DNA of 64,000 nucleotides from Yuukianura sp. NJ FZ-2021 (Eukaryota). The notes beneath the pieces are model-generated. The model was not told the origin of the DNA and made no database searches. It saw only the letters and a list, made by a program, of their open reading frames with translations. Positions within the stretch are counted from its first letter, which is position 1. The number at the start of each line of letters is the position of its first letter. A program made the position numbers and the translations under genes. This document shows positions 12,734 to 24,757 of this stretch, piece by piece. The stretch spans positions 1,736,001 to 1,800,000 of the forward strand of contig CM102290.1 of the NCBI GenBank assembly GCA_046563655.1. Direction: 5' to 3'.

Positions 12734-15251
12734 GGGGGGACCCTTCAAGGACCCTCTTCAGGGGGACCCCTCAAGGGACTCCGTCAGGGGGACCCCTTCA
12801 GCACAAAAGTACCCCCTCTTCATCTCCAGTACCAAAGTATACATACTGTTTTTTGGAAAAAGTTTCTAGAAAACTGTTACCAGAGAAAGTGCTACATTAT
12901 TCTGTATAAAAATTCTAGTATCGAAATCTTTTCCAGCCCCAATCCTCCTTCGAACAAAACAATTTGTAGAAAAATGACTTGATTAGAACAAATTTGTTCT
13001 AAACATTTGACGTTACCAGTCGTCGCTCCTAAACAGTTTCTAGTGACCTTTAACCCTCAGCATCTCGTCCGTTAATCATTCTGATCCAAAGTGAAAGTGA
13101 ACTTTTTGTTAGTGATTTTAGTGTTAAGGTTCCTGAGAGACACGTCTCAAAAACATGCCATCTCAAATTCACCCAAAAAGTGTAAGTTTCTCAAAATTTT
13201 GATTTCAAATTATTTTGCATTTGGAAGCTTGGCGACCTGGATGAATTTTGAAATTTTTGGTGGAAAACGTTAAAAATCAAAAAGTTGAAATGAAACGTAC
13301 TAAATGTACTGAAAAATTGAAAAAAAAAGTTTTTTTAAAAAGAAATTCAGAAAAGCTCAAAATCGGTTGGAAATTGGTCGTTTTTCTTTGGACATAACTT
13401 TGCAGTGGTTGGGGGAAGTAAAGAAAAAAGAGAAAGTGAAGCGCGGGAGAACATAAAATTCAAAATATTTGGAAAAGAGAAAGCATAAATCTGCATTAAG
13501 GGAGATGAAATGGATGTGTGCTAGTGCGGACCTTAGGTCTGTAACTCCCCTCTCGGCGGAACAAAACGACTTTAGGTTAGGCCATGTTAGGGCCAAAACT
13601 ACTTTGGTCAGAGGTCATCTGAGGTCTTGAGCGGCCTCTGGGGTGAATTTCAAATGCTTTTTTTCCCGCGGGTGGAAATTTAGGGGCGGGGCGTCGGTCC
13701 CATTTTTTTTTCGGGGGAGTTGAAGATGGATGACTCCGTTTGGGAAGTGTATGGAGAAAGTCCCTGGAGGATCCTAAGTTTATCCGTAGCAAGGAAACGT
13801 TCGGCCTGATTCTGACCGTGGTAGGGCTCGAACCCGCGGCCTCAACTTTTTCGAAAGAAGAAGAAGAAGGTGTTTCTTCACTTTAAATTGACCCCGTTGA
13901 ACCTCTTTTGCAGAACTTTTCTTCTTTTTTTATTCTTCTTGTTTCACAAGTCGGAGGAGGGAAGTGATACATCTTCTCCATTTCATTCACTTTCACCAAA
14001 ACTTTCCCTATCATGCTCTTCCCATCAGCGGCAAAGAAAGGAACTGCTTTTCTTTTCAATTTTAGTCACATGCTTTATTGCAGTAAACGAAAAGAGCGGG
14101 AATTTTATTTTAAAAAAGTCAGTTTTTTGCAAAAACGAAAAGCGGGAATTTGGTTTTAAAAACGAGAAGAAATGCTACTTATGAAAAAATAGCGAAATTT
14201 AGTTTTATAAAATGGTTGATTTTTTTTTCTGTAAAGATGAAAATTTGCAAGAGTACTGTAACGTACGACAGATTTAGCTAAAAAGTAAAAGTTTATAAGG
14301 AAAAGTCTCTTCCGCTTTCTTTCTTTTACTTTTTTAAAAAATTAGGCGTAACCATGGAAAAAAGTTTTTCCACGTTTCCAAAATATGTGTCACTGTCATT
14401 TCTCCATTCCTGATTTTCGTCACACAGATTTTCGCAAGTTTTTCCAAAAGAAATCCTACAAAAAAAAAGTTTTTGTGTGCAAACTTTTTCATATTCTTAA
14501 TTTTTTTGGGCAAATACCTACGTTATGAAAAAAAAATATGTGTGTCACATAAGTTTGGCATTTGGTACCACCAAAACTTTTTACTTTTCTATTCCATAAC
14601 TAACCACCACGGTTTTTTTTTGGTGGGGCTCCGTGGGACCGTCCTGGTGGCTCACAAGAAACTCAGGTTTCAGAAATTATTCAAGTCTTTGCACACAGAA
14701 AGATATGGAAAAAAGGGAAGCCATGAACCCTGTTCACCTTAAGTTTGAACAAAAATTCAAACGATTTTGGCGGGAACTTTTTTTTTTGAAAATTTAAACG
14801 AGGAACTTAACTTTTGGCCTCTTCTCTGAAAACGCACAATCCTTTATTCAATTCAAAAGATGTCACGGCCAAATTTGGCACAAGAGGACCAAACTAACCC
14901 CCCCCCCTTCTCCTAGACCCCCCCCTGACTTCTCCTGTTCTGTGGTCGGCTTCGAGCCAAATCCCCACCCCACTCCCCCTCCCCATAAATTATTGTTCAG
15001 GACCAACTTCTCCCTGCCTTGTTTTCCCTAAAAACGACTCCATTTTCGTTTTGAAGTAACAAACGACACAGACGTGTCAGGGACGCTAAATAACTTAAAA
15101 CTAGACTCGCCATTTCTGTTTTTTCTTTCAAAAAATAAGACTAACTTGTTCCGTGACATCCAGTACGTTTCGCAACCCCTTAACACATGATCCAACGTCT
15201 AAGTTAGGTCCCTAACGTGACCTAGTTAACTTTTTTATCAACGGCTAAAAT

Positions 15252-15449
15252 CAAGGTTGGTAAACAAAAAAAAACTTCTTCTACGCAAGGTTATCCAATA
15301 ACTCGAAGTTTTAAAATTTGTTTGAAAGTAGGAAATCTGCCTCTCGATGGTAATTTTCCATGGAATGTAAAGGAGTAAAGATTTTTGAAAACACTGAGTT
15401 ATTGGACAACCTGTTGTAGGAAATACAATTCGGTTGTCGAATAACCTTG
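15252..15449. mobile_element. P-like MITE family C
   Basis: CAAGGTT...AACCTTG termini; perfect 8-bp TSD GCTAAAAT. Confidence 0.9.
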
Positions 15450-16507
15450 GCTAAAATGTCGCTTTGAAAACTTGCCTATCCTGAGCCCGAAAAAATCTAA
15501 ATCTGTTTTCGCTTTTGTACTGCGAAAATTTTCGTTATATTGCCAAAAAATAAATTATGTTAGTTGCCAAAAACATTTTTTTAATGAAAATATTGAAAAT
15601 TCAAAAAGTCTCCCGCGTGAAATAAAAAATGGACGGACTGGACGCTGGTGTTTGTGAGAGTCTGAATCAAAAAATCGATTGCTTGGGCTTTATGTGACTC
15701 GTGGCGTTCTGGCGAGAGTTACTCGGGATATAATTGTGCTCATAGGTTCGAACCCTGGAGTCTCACTTTCTTTTTTAGTTATGTTGTGAACCACCGTTGA
15801 ATAATTAGGCTGAACTCATTTGAGTGTGAAGCGTGGTCACAAAGTCACACTTTGTGCGGCCTGTTAAGGACTCCATTAGCCTCTGGGAACAGAGAAAGTG
15901 TATCAAACGACGGGAGAGAGTACGCCGCCGCAGGTTGGCTCCCAGTGTGAGTCAAAATGTCAGAGAATTATTGTGTAATTTATGAAGGAGAAAGGACTAC
16001 GTAACCTAACGTAGGTTTAACATAAAGCCACAACCTAATGAATGTGACTACACCAACTTAACTTAACTTTCTGTGGTGTTCAACACGCTATGGAGACGTA
16101 AGGAGTGTGTACTGGGTGACCAACTTTCACCACGAACAGAGTCCAACTACAAACCCATAACTTCCAGCCCAAAAACCAACCCTTCCGATTACTAATCTTA
16201 ATTAAAACGGAAACTTTTCTCAGTTACAAGATTACAACAAGGCTAAAAACCTATACTCAATTCCAAAACCTACTTTTTTAGTTAACAAAACGCACATTTG
16301 TAGATTTTTTGGAAAATTTTGAATTTTTGTGACCGTCCAAATTGTTTAAAACTTTCATAACCAGTTACTACTCAGAGCATTCAAATTGCATCGAAGCAAT
16401 CAGACTAGCTCACAATATTCAAATTCTTAGGAGCAGTCACAACATTAGAACCTAATCTTAACATTCCCAACACGTCAAAATTTTGAATTGTATTCGTAGG
16501 AACAGCC

Positions 16508-16824
16508 CAAGGTTGCTATGGCACCCATTATACAAATACGCTAGCAGGTTATGCCATAACTCCGATTTTTATTTAAAAAAAAAACTTGAAAAAAAAAACA
16601 AGTTTTGGACCAATTATGGAATATTTTTGTTTATTCTCACTATAATCTTTTTAATTTTTTTAATTTTCACGTTGCTGAGCCATAATTTTGATTTCAAATT
16701 GCTAACGCAACGGAGCTGCGTCAGATGTGCGTTTCAAGAAATTTGAAAATTTGAAAAAAAAAACGGAGGTATGGTATAACATGTTAAGAAAAAGAGAAAC
16801 AAAATTTCGATTTAAACAACCTTG
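16508..16824. mobile_element. P-like MITE family B
   Basis: CAAGGTTG...CAACCTTG; reverse-complement match to the 28207 and 48815 copies; 9-bp TSD GGAACAGCC/GGAACAGTC inside a degenerate tandem repeat. Confidence 0.85.
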
Positions 16825-19800
16825 GGAACAGTCACAGCATTAAAATTTCATCGAAGCATTCACAACAGGTCACAACATTAAGATTTTTACGAATATTCAC
16901 AATCAGAACAGATCAAATTTTTCAAATTCAATTTTTTGTTATACTGTAGAATCTTTTAAACTTTTTCAGAAGTTAAAAATTGAAAATTTATTTAGGAACA
17001 GTCACAACATTGTTCGGAGCAGTAGAGCTGGCCCTATATACGTTAGTTTGTCTATTGAGCTCGTTAAGTGTCAGCAGTAGGTCAAAGGTCAACAGGTCAC
17101 GTGATATGCAAAATCTAGGAGTTGAGATGCATTTTGGAAGTATAATCCTATTTCGTTCATTCCGAGTCCCCTGGCACATTGGGTATCCAAGTCCTGATTT
17201 AGTGGAGGGAGTGAAAGCAGAAAGTTATTAGACAGAGTGCGGGAAATCTCTTTTTTAAAAAGATGGGGAAACGGTGCGCGTAATTTTGAAAATGAGGAAA
17301 GCGGGATGTGAGAGTTTTGTGGAGGATCGATTGGTGTACGGTTGGTTTTGTGAAAACGAGTGGAGTTAGGCCATGTCGTAGGAGGTTGTGATTAGTTGTG
17401 CCATAAATATTTTTGCGGAGAGGGGGAGGGAGGGGGCTCTGGCACCACTTTCGTGTAACGAATCGAAAACCTGGATTTTGGAAGGCCCTTAGAAGTCTCC
17501 CTGCATCTTGTGTCCCTTAAGGTCCCTTTGAAGTTCGAGAGAAGCCTGTGTAGGGCTACGACTCTGCCTCATTAACGTGATGAAAACATAGAAAGTGACG
17601 TCGGAGAATGAAAACCTGTCTCCGCCATTCCTATTATTACAACTTTCCCGCGCTTTTCAAATTATTATCAACAACACAAGTTAGCAGATTTTCCCGCTCA
17701 AAATGTTCCTACAACCTTTTCATTCCAACACATTAACAACACCACCTAGATATTATATCGTGGCTAACGCAATCCAACGACAAAACTTTCTATTTTTGCC
17801 AAATCGATTTTTTGATTGATTAAAAGAATCCGTTTTCGATAGTAATCGAAACGTTGATTACAAGGTCAAATCTACTCGGATTACTTGAATTGGATTTCAT
17901 TTCCAATAGATTTGGAATCCAATACAAACCATTTCTACTACATGTTAACGCCGTCCAAAAATACTTTTTATGAAAGTTGCTTGTTATTGACTATGTTTAG
18001 GTCACGGGCTTTCGAAATTTCTTTTGAAATTTAATTTGTAGACTTTTTCCGTGTACAGTTTGTGACAGACGAGAATGAATGATACGGTGACTTCAAAATT
18101 TTGAACTTTCCCTCTCGTGAAAGTTGGGCAAAAGTCGTGCTTCATTATTCGAAACCATGCAATCACGCTACTAACTCCAGCACCTTTTCATGTATTTTTT
18201 TTTCAACCAAAAAAGTTCAACTGTAACATAACTAAAACTAAAGTTTTTTTTTTCAACTGAAATCATCCAGGTCATCAATCTGAACACTGCGCGCACGCTT
18301 TCAAAAAAAAAACATACATTTTTTTCTGTTTTTTTAGGAATCTACTTTCGGTCAACTTTTCTCTCACGACTGGACAAAGAAGGAGAAAATTTTACAAAAA
18401 AAAACGAAGAAAGGGTGTGTAATTCTGGAAGGAATTTGGAAATTTTAAATTGAAAATTTAATTGATAGAGTTTTATGTAATTGTGATCAAAAATTGTTAT
18501 TATTATTCCAATGTCACAAATTTTATGGAATTGGAAAAATCAAGTTTGAAAATTCCTAGAAAACAAGAGCGTTTTATGATTTTTTGTGAAAGGAAAAGGA
18601 AAATGTTGGAAATTTTGAAAGTGGGAACTTTTGAATGAAAAATAAAATCAAGGAGACAAGAAAAAAAATGAAAAATGTTATGTTACTCCAAAGAAATTTT
18701 ATAAATTGGATAGGTTTGACGTTTTCTAAGAAAAAATTGAAAGAGGAAAGAGAAAGTGAAAATAATAGGGGAAAGTTACGTGTAATGACTCGAGTAGATT
18801 CCATTGCTGACGACGAGAGACGGATGACTTGGTTGCCGCCATTTTGTTGGAAAAAAGAAATTTTGAAACTTTTTTTTGTATGTGTGGAAATTTGTTGGAA
18901 AATGGAAAGTGGAACAAGAAAGCAGTAGTAGTAGACGACAAGGCTAAGAGATGAAAAGGGCGTAGTTCCAGGGGCATAATCCCTACTTTTTCATTACACT
19001 TTTTCAACATAACATTCAAGTCAGTGAGTTTGTGTGGTGGTGGTGAACGTAATGGCCAGATTGCATGACACTTCCAGAAAAGGTTCCTCTGTTTTAGTTA
19101 TAATTCCACCTTAGTTCGAGGAAAGTCAGCCCAGGGTTGTCTAGGTTAAAGGTCACAAGGAAACCCGCGGGGAAATTCAAATTCCCCGACGAACTCATTC
19201 AAACTTGCTGCTAAAGGACATTTCCCAGTGGTGGATGCAATTATAACTAGACTTCCCAACGGTTGTGACCTTACGGGACAAACTTCCCCAAAACGTGGGA
19301 AATTAAGAAGAAAAACTTTCCCAATCGGGGAAATACGGGAAAACTTTACAAAAAGCCACTTACGTTTTATACAAAATTTGTTTCAAATTTCAAACTAAAT
19401 TTCAGACAAAATTTTCAAACGTTTATTAAAAGCAAGGCATGGTTTGATTTAAAAATCCCCCCAAAAAAAAACTTTGGAAACTTTTTTTTTGAGAAATATG
19501 ATGTTTTTAGGATATTTGAAGCTTACTCCCAAAAATGTTTGTTTCATTAGAGTTGGTCAGCAGGTCAAGAGAGTATAGTGAAAGTAGATTGTTGCTACAG
19601 TGGCTTTTTGAGGAGAAAAGTGGAGCATGGACTTGAGAGCGGGAATGCAATTTCCTTTGAATGGAAGTTATTGTGTGGTGATCAAGTGGGTAAGTGGGAA
19701 ACCGGTTTTCTTCTTCTTCGTCGTTGCCCATCTCTGCAAGCCGGGTGATGGTCGGTGTTTGTTGAAGTGGGTCCAACGGATGGGTCAGTCTCTTCCTTCC

Positions 19801-19888
19801 GCTCAATTTAATTTTTCCCTCCTATGGCTGTTCTCTCCCCCTCCTCCTCCCCACCCCTTAAAAAGCGCGGGAAAAGGGCCCTGTTAGC

Positions 19889-20493
19889 CAGTTTTGGTGG
19901 ATATCCACTTTTTCGGTATTTCATCCACGGCTGGATATCCAGTGGAAGAAATGGACGTATCCAAAGTGGCGGAGGGTCTGCGTGGTTTAAATTAATTGAA
20001 TGCTATGACCTAAAAAAAATGTAAATACAGTAGCTACACGGAGTAAATATTGTTTTTAAATAAGTTTTATAATTAATTCATTTTAACGGCGAAAGAAAAC
20101 CGTTTTGACAGATTTTGTAAATTAAATTTGATTTTTGTTTCGAATTTCGCGCTAAATTTTGGATTACAATTTTTGAATTTTGGACCTTCCATCCACTAAA
20201 AGTTTCTTCCAGTTGGGGTACATTTCTTCCAGTCAGTGTTGCTGGATATCCACTTTTTCAGCATTTCATCAAGGTTATACCCACTGGAGAAATGGACAAA
20301 TCCGGATAAAATCCAGCTTCGGATGGACGAAATAGAGTTTTGTCCGGAAGAAACCAATAAAATCCAGATATATCCACCACTTTCGAGGAGAGTGGAAGAA
20401 ATATTTTATCCATCTAGCAACACTGCTTCCAGTGGATATCCAGTGGAAGTGGCAATTAAGCCACTGCGAACGTTTCAGCATCCACCAACACTG
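19889..20493. mobile_element. hAT-like non-autonomous element (outer)
   Basis: TIR CAGT(T/G)TTGGTGGAT; perfect 8-bp TSD CTGTTAGC (19881-19888, 20494-20501); GGATATCC subterminal repeats. Confidence 0.85.
20234..20425. mobile_element. hAT-like MITE nested in the 19889-20493 element
   Basis: TIR CAGTGTTGCT; perfect 8-bp TSD CTTCCAGT (20226-20233, 20426-20433). Confidence 0.85.
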
Positions 20494-20893
20494 CTGTTAG
20501 CACAAGAAAAGAAAGTCAAAGGACCCCCCGTCTTCCCTCCTGTGTGCTCATCTTCTATTCTTCTTTTCGGCCTTTTCATTTGATGCCCCCCCCCCATTTC
20601 CCCCAGGGGGTGGGAGGGGGGAAACCTCTTCTTCTTCTTCCAGATTACAAAGGAAACCAATCATTGGGAAATGAATAGGATCTCTCCGACTGTTCGTTCG
20701 GTAAACAATATCCACCGCTGGACTTCCTTTTTGCTCTCTCTTTTTTGAAAACCAGGAAACAAATATCCTCAGGACAAAAATGGCCGCTGCTTATAGCCAC
20801 GTGCCCACGAATTTCCGAATTTCTGACAAAGTCAGACGAATCGTCAGGACCGAGACTATGGTTAGCTTTTTTTTTGGCTTATAGCATCGTCAG

Positions 20894-21146
20894 CAAGGTT
20901 TGTTGACTTTGATTTTCCTTAATAGGTTTGGTAATACCTCATTTTTTTTTGATTTTGCAAAAAAAATTAACCCTTCCATTTCAGGGCATCGTAGTCATAA
21001 CAATACAGCCGAATTTTTTAAATTTTGCATAGAATTGATACCATTTTTTGGATTGGTACTATAATTGGTACCAATTTTTTTTTCAAGAAGCGGAGTAGTA
21101 CCCACCCTTTTAAACAAAATTCGCTTTTCGTTGTCAAGGAACCTTG
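20894..21146. mobile_element. P-like MITE family A
   Basis: CAAGGTTTGTTG...GGAACCTTG; perfect 9-bp TSD CATCGTCAG. Confidence 0.9.
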
Positions 21147-23091
21147 CATCGTCAGCGTCGTCACTCAAAATCGTCCTGATGATGATCCACTTTCGGCCCG
21201 AAGAAAGAGCGGGAAATGGTCTTGTTCTGTCTCTTCCTGCCAATGGATTGAATGATGAATGCGTTTCAAATTACACTTTATGGGTATCCTGAGGGAGGCA
21301 TGGAGTCTTTTATACTCTCACAGAAAGGTAATGGATAATCTAACATAACCTTAGCATAACCTAGTCACATGTCTAATGTCTGCCTCATCAGCTCCCGGGA
21401 AAAGAGGCGGGTACTTTTCAAATGTTTTTGAAAATTAGGTTTTGACGAGGTCACATGATTAGATAATTACTTAGGATTTTGAGCTAAAGAAACTTTTTTT
21501 GAAAATGCTTTACAAAACTTCATTTTTGAAAATGTTTTTCAAAACTTGTTTTTTTGAAAATGTTTTTAGAAACGTTTTTTTTTAAAAAGACCGTAATCCT
21601 TCCTATCCTATGGCCCAAAAGCCTAATGACTCACTTTGGAATTAGTGTTTTTGTAACAAAATGGAACTTTACGAGCTAAGCTTTCACGAGAGAATTGGAC
21701 AACAGGAAATTAAGTTACCGTAAAAGTTCTAGTAAGTGGCCTATGGATAAAATACACTGTACTGAAAAAACTACTTTCTCACAGGGACTTTTGCGGTAAT
21801 TTTGAGAACTGAGTTTTGGCTTTACAGTGTAAATCCCTTTTCTCTTTTCCGTTCATGACAACTTTCTCTTCCTCTCTCAACCTGTCAAGTTCCTGTTCTT
21901 TTTTTCTTGTCATTTCGAAATTTCAAAGTGAGCAACGTACCAAAATTTCCAAACAAACTTTGGAGTTTAATCATAATAAGTGTTTGACATTTTGGTAAAA
22001 GTTTTCTGCAAAATCAAAATCGCTCTTAGTCTGCTTTCACTCCAAATAACTTTAACAAATCCAAAACAAATGATACAAAGTACACTGTAAAATGTAATTG
22101 AACAGAAAGATTAAGTTAGTTAGGTTAAGATAAACATTTTTTTCCTTCAAACTTTACCGCCAGTTTGATGAAGATCTTCCCATCAAAAACGAATTTTACC
22201 ATTTTTAGTCTAACAAACCATGAAGAAATAATCATTACAATAGCGGATTATGGCGAACGTGAAAAAAAAAACAACCAAAAATGAAAAAAGCGTTTTCCTG
22301 CATGTTTTTTTTTTCAAAATCTCTTCCTTGTGTTTTTTTTCTCCCGTGTGACCTGGTCCCTGAGACTGAAAGCGAAGCCAAATTGACCATAACAGTAACT
22401 TCCACCATAAAAATGATATCCCCTTTGTATCATATTTTGTATAGGCAGTTTCAAATGGTACTTTGCCGCAAAATGTACCGGCAGAAACTGCGCGCGATTT
22501 TTTCCCGCCATCATTCTTAAAACCCCGAAAAAGTTGTTTCTTCCTCCTATTGTCAAGAGACCCAAAAACTAAAGCCTTTGCTTTCCCTTTTCGAATTGTT
22601 TCTTTCTTTCTCCTGTTTTGTCCAGAAGTCATTTTGGAAAGAAACTGTTTTATTTTTTTCATGAGACTGGCGGGAAAAAGGCGCCCTCGTTTCGGTACTT
22701 TGACAAAGTCGTTTTGTGTTCCCATTTATGTGCGATTTTTTTTTGTTGCAGGTAAAAGTTTAACAAGTAAAAGTAAAACGGTATATTACCCTAAAACTTA
22801 AAGACCAAAAGAGAACCAAAGACGGAGGGGGTCCCTTAAGGGTCTCTGTCGGGCCCTTATCGGACACATGACCCTATCGACTCCAAACGTGAGTAGAATT
22901 CGGTGGCCTAACGTAACGTTATGCCAAACTTCCCGGTAGTAAGTAGAAAGGGGGAGGGACTGTTGGAGAAAAGTGAAAAGGACGTAGGAAATATTTATGA
23001 GGAAAGGAGTGACCTGATGCTACACACAGAATTTCCTTGTGTAAATCTTTCTTTTAAGGCTAAAAGTGAAGAAAGTCAGGTTCCGTAGGAG

Positions 23092-23342
23092 CAAGGTTCC
23101 TTGACAACGAAAATTTTCTTTAACAGGTTGTGTACTACCTAGTACTATTTGTTGACAAAAAAGAATGAAAATAAAAAAAATTGGTCCCAATCCAAAAATT
23201 GGTGCCAATTCGTATGTAAAATTGAAAAAATTCTGTATTGTTATGACTACCCTGAAATGAAAACACTCTTTTTCGCAAAATCAAAAAAAAAACATGAGAT
23301 ATTACTCAACCTGCTAAAAAAAATCAAAGTCGACAAACCTTG
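23092..23342. mobile_element. P-like MITE family A (reverse orientation)
   Basis: CAAGGTTCC...AAACCTTG; 8-bp TSD CGTAGGAG/CGTAGGGG. Confidence 0.9.
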
Positions 23343-24485
23343 CGTAGGGGGAGGAAAGAGAGGGGGGTAAAATTTAAGGCGGGAGGAGTAAGGGGTCACA
23401 GCGTGTGACGATTTCCATGATTCGGGGTTTTCTTTTCAATTCTCCCGGTATAGAAACCTTCTGAGAAAAACCGGGCAAAACTTGAAGGTCCCATTTTGAG
23501 CAAGTTTCCTTTTTCACTTTCTCCGTGTCTACTTTCTCCCTGGAGACTTAAAAGAGAAGGAAGGACTTGGATTTTTGAGCAAGAAAAAACCTACGTAACG
23601 TAAACTATAGTAAAGGTTAGGCCAACGTAACCTACTTGACAAACCAAATCAGAATCCTATGAATTTCCGTTCTTCGGTGATAAATGATAATCCATTCCTT
23701 TTCTTACCAAACTCCATTCACGTCAAGCTCAATCCGTCTTCTGGTCACGAAACTCTACTTTCTCTCAATGCCCACAACCTAAACTCTATGCTGCTCATTC
23801 TGTTCAAGTTAGGCCAACGTTAGGTTACTACCTAACTCTGCCCTCTTCCAATTTGAACTCCACTAGGAAAATTCCCGCTCTTTACTGCGTACACATACCT
23901 TCTACACTTGGGTAATTTAAAAAAAGTTTCTTTTTACTTGACAAATGGCGCCATTCCAACATTTTGCTTTGAGAAAAACTGTTTGAACAGACTCCAGTTA
24001 CGTACAAAGAGAAAGAAAAACGCCAAATCCAAAAAAGAAAAGTTGAGCAGCAGCGGTTAGACTGATTTGAACTCAAAAGTTCCCAAATACGTAAACGTAT
24101 GAAAAAAAAAAACAGAAAAATGGTTTTTCACTTTTTGGTAAAGCCTTTTCACAGTTTTGGTAAAGAAGCCATAGAGGAAGGGACGCACTTGCTACAAATT
24201 CATGACAAAGAGAAAGCGGGAAAAGTTGAAAAAGGAAAACTTACGACTTAAGTTGTGTAAAGGAACGTGAAATTTGGCGACGGAAACGTGAAAACGACAC
24301 ATGAAAATTTAATTCCTCTTTGTTTATTTTGTTTTTGAATTTATTTCTACTAATTTTGGCTTTTGGCGGTAAAAAATTGAAGTAAAATAAAAGATAAAAA
24401 CGGGTACATTTTAATAATGTTATTTTCAGTAGAAAAGAGCGGGAGGTTGCTTCAAAATTCAAAATTAAGGAAAACAGTCATTTCC

Positions 24486-24757
24486 CAAGGTTTATTGACT
24501 TTGATTTTCTTTAACAGGTTGAGTAATACCTCATGCTTTTTCGATTTTGCAAAAAAAAAAAAAGTATCTTTCATTTCATGGTATCGTAGTCATAACAATA
24601 CAGCTGAATTTTTTAAACTTTACATACGACATGGTACCAATTCTTTTGATTTTTACCAAAATTGCTACCAATTTTTGTTCTTTCATTTTTTTGTCAACAA
24701 ATCAGGTAGTACTCAACCTGTTAAAGAAAATTCATTTTTCGTTGTCAAGGAACCTTG
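24486..24757. mobile_element. P-like MITE family A
   Basis: Same termini and body as other family A copies; perfect 9-bp TSD GTCATTTCC. Confidence 0.9.

Noticed and set aside
15700..15760. tRNA/SINE B-box-like GGTTCGAACCC (similar hits near 9252, 9415, 13826)
   Set aside because: No cloverleaf, convincing A-box or shared body between hits.
11601..17101. AGGTCA-A-AGGTCA nuclear-receptor DR1 motifs near 11603 and 17078
   Set aside because: Both lie in repeat-like sequence and such motifs are common in interspersed repeats; no independent support.
22210..22801. Long overlapping ORFs (171 and 112 aa) and similar F/K-rich ORFs across 13-41 kb
   Set aside because: Composition reflects poly-A/T tracts; no splice-consistent model or recognisable domain.
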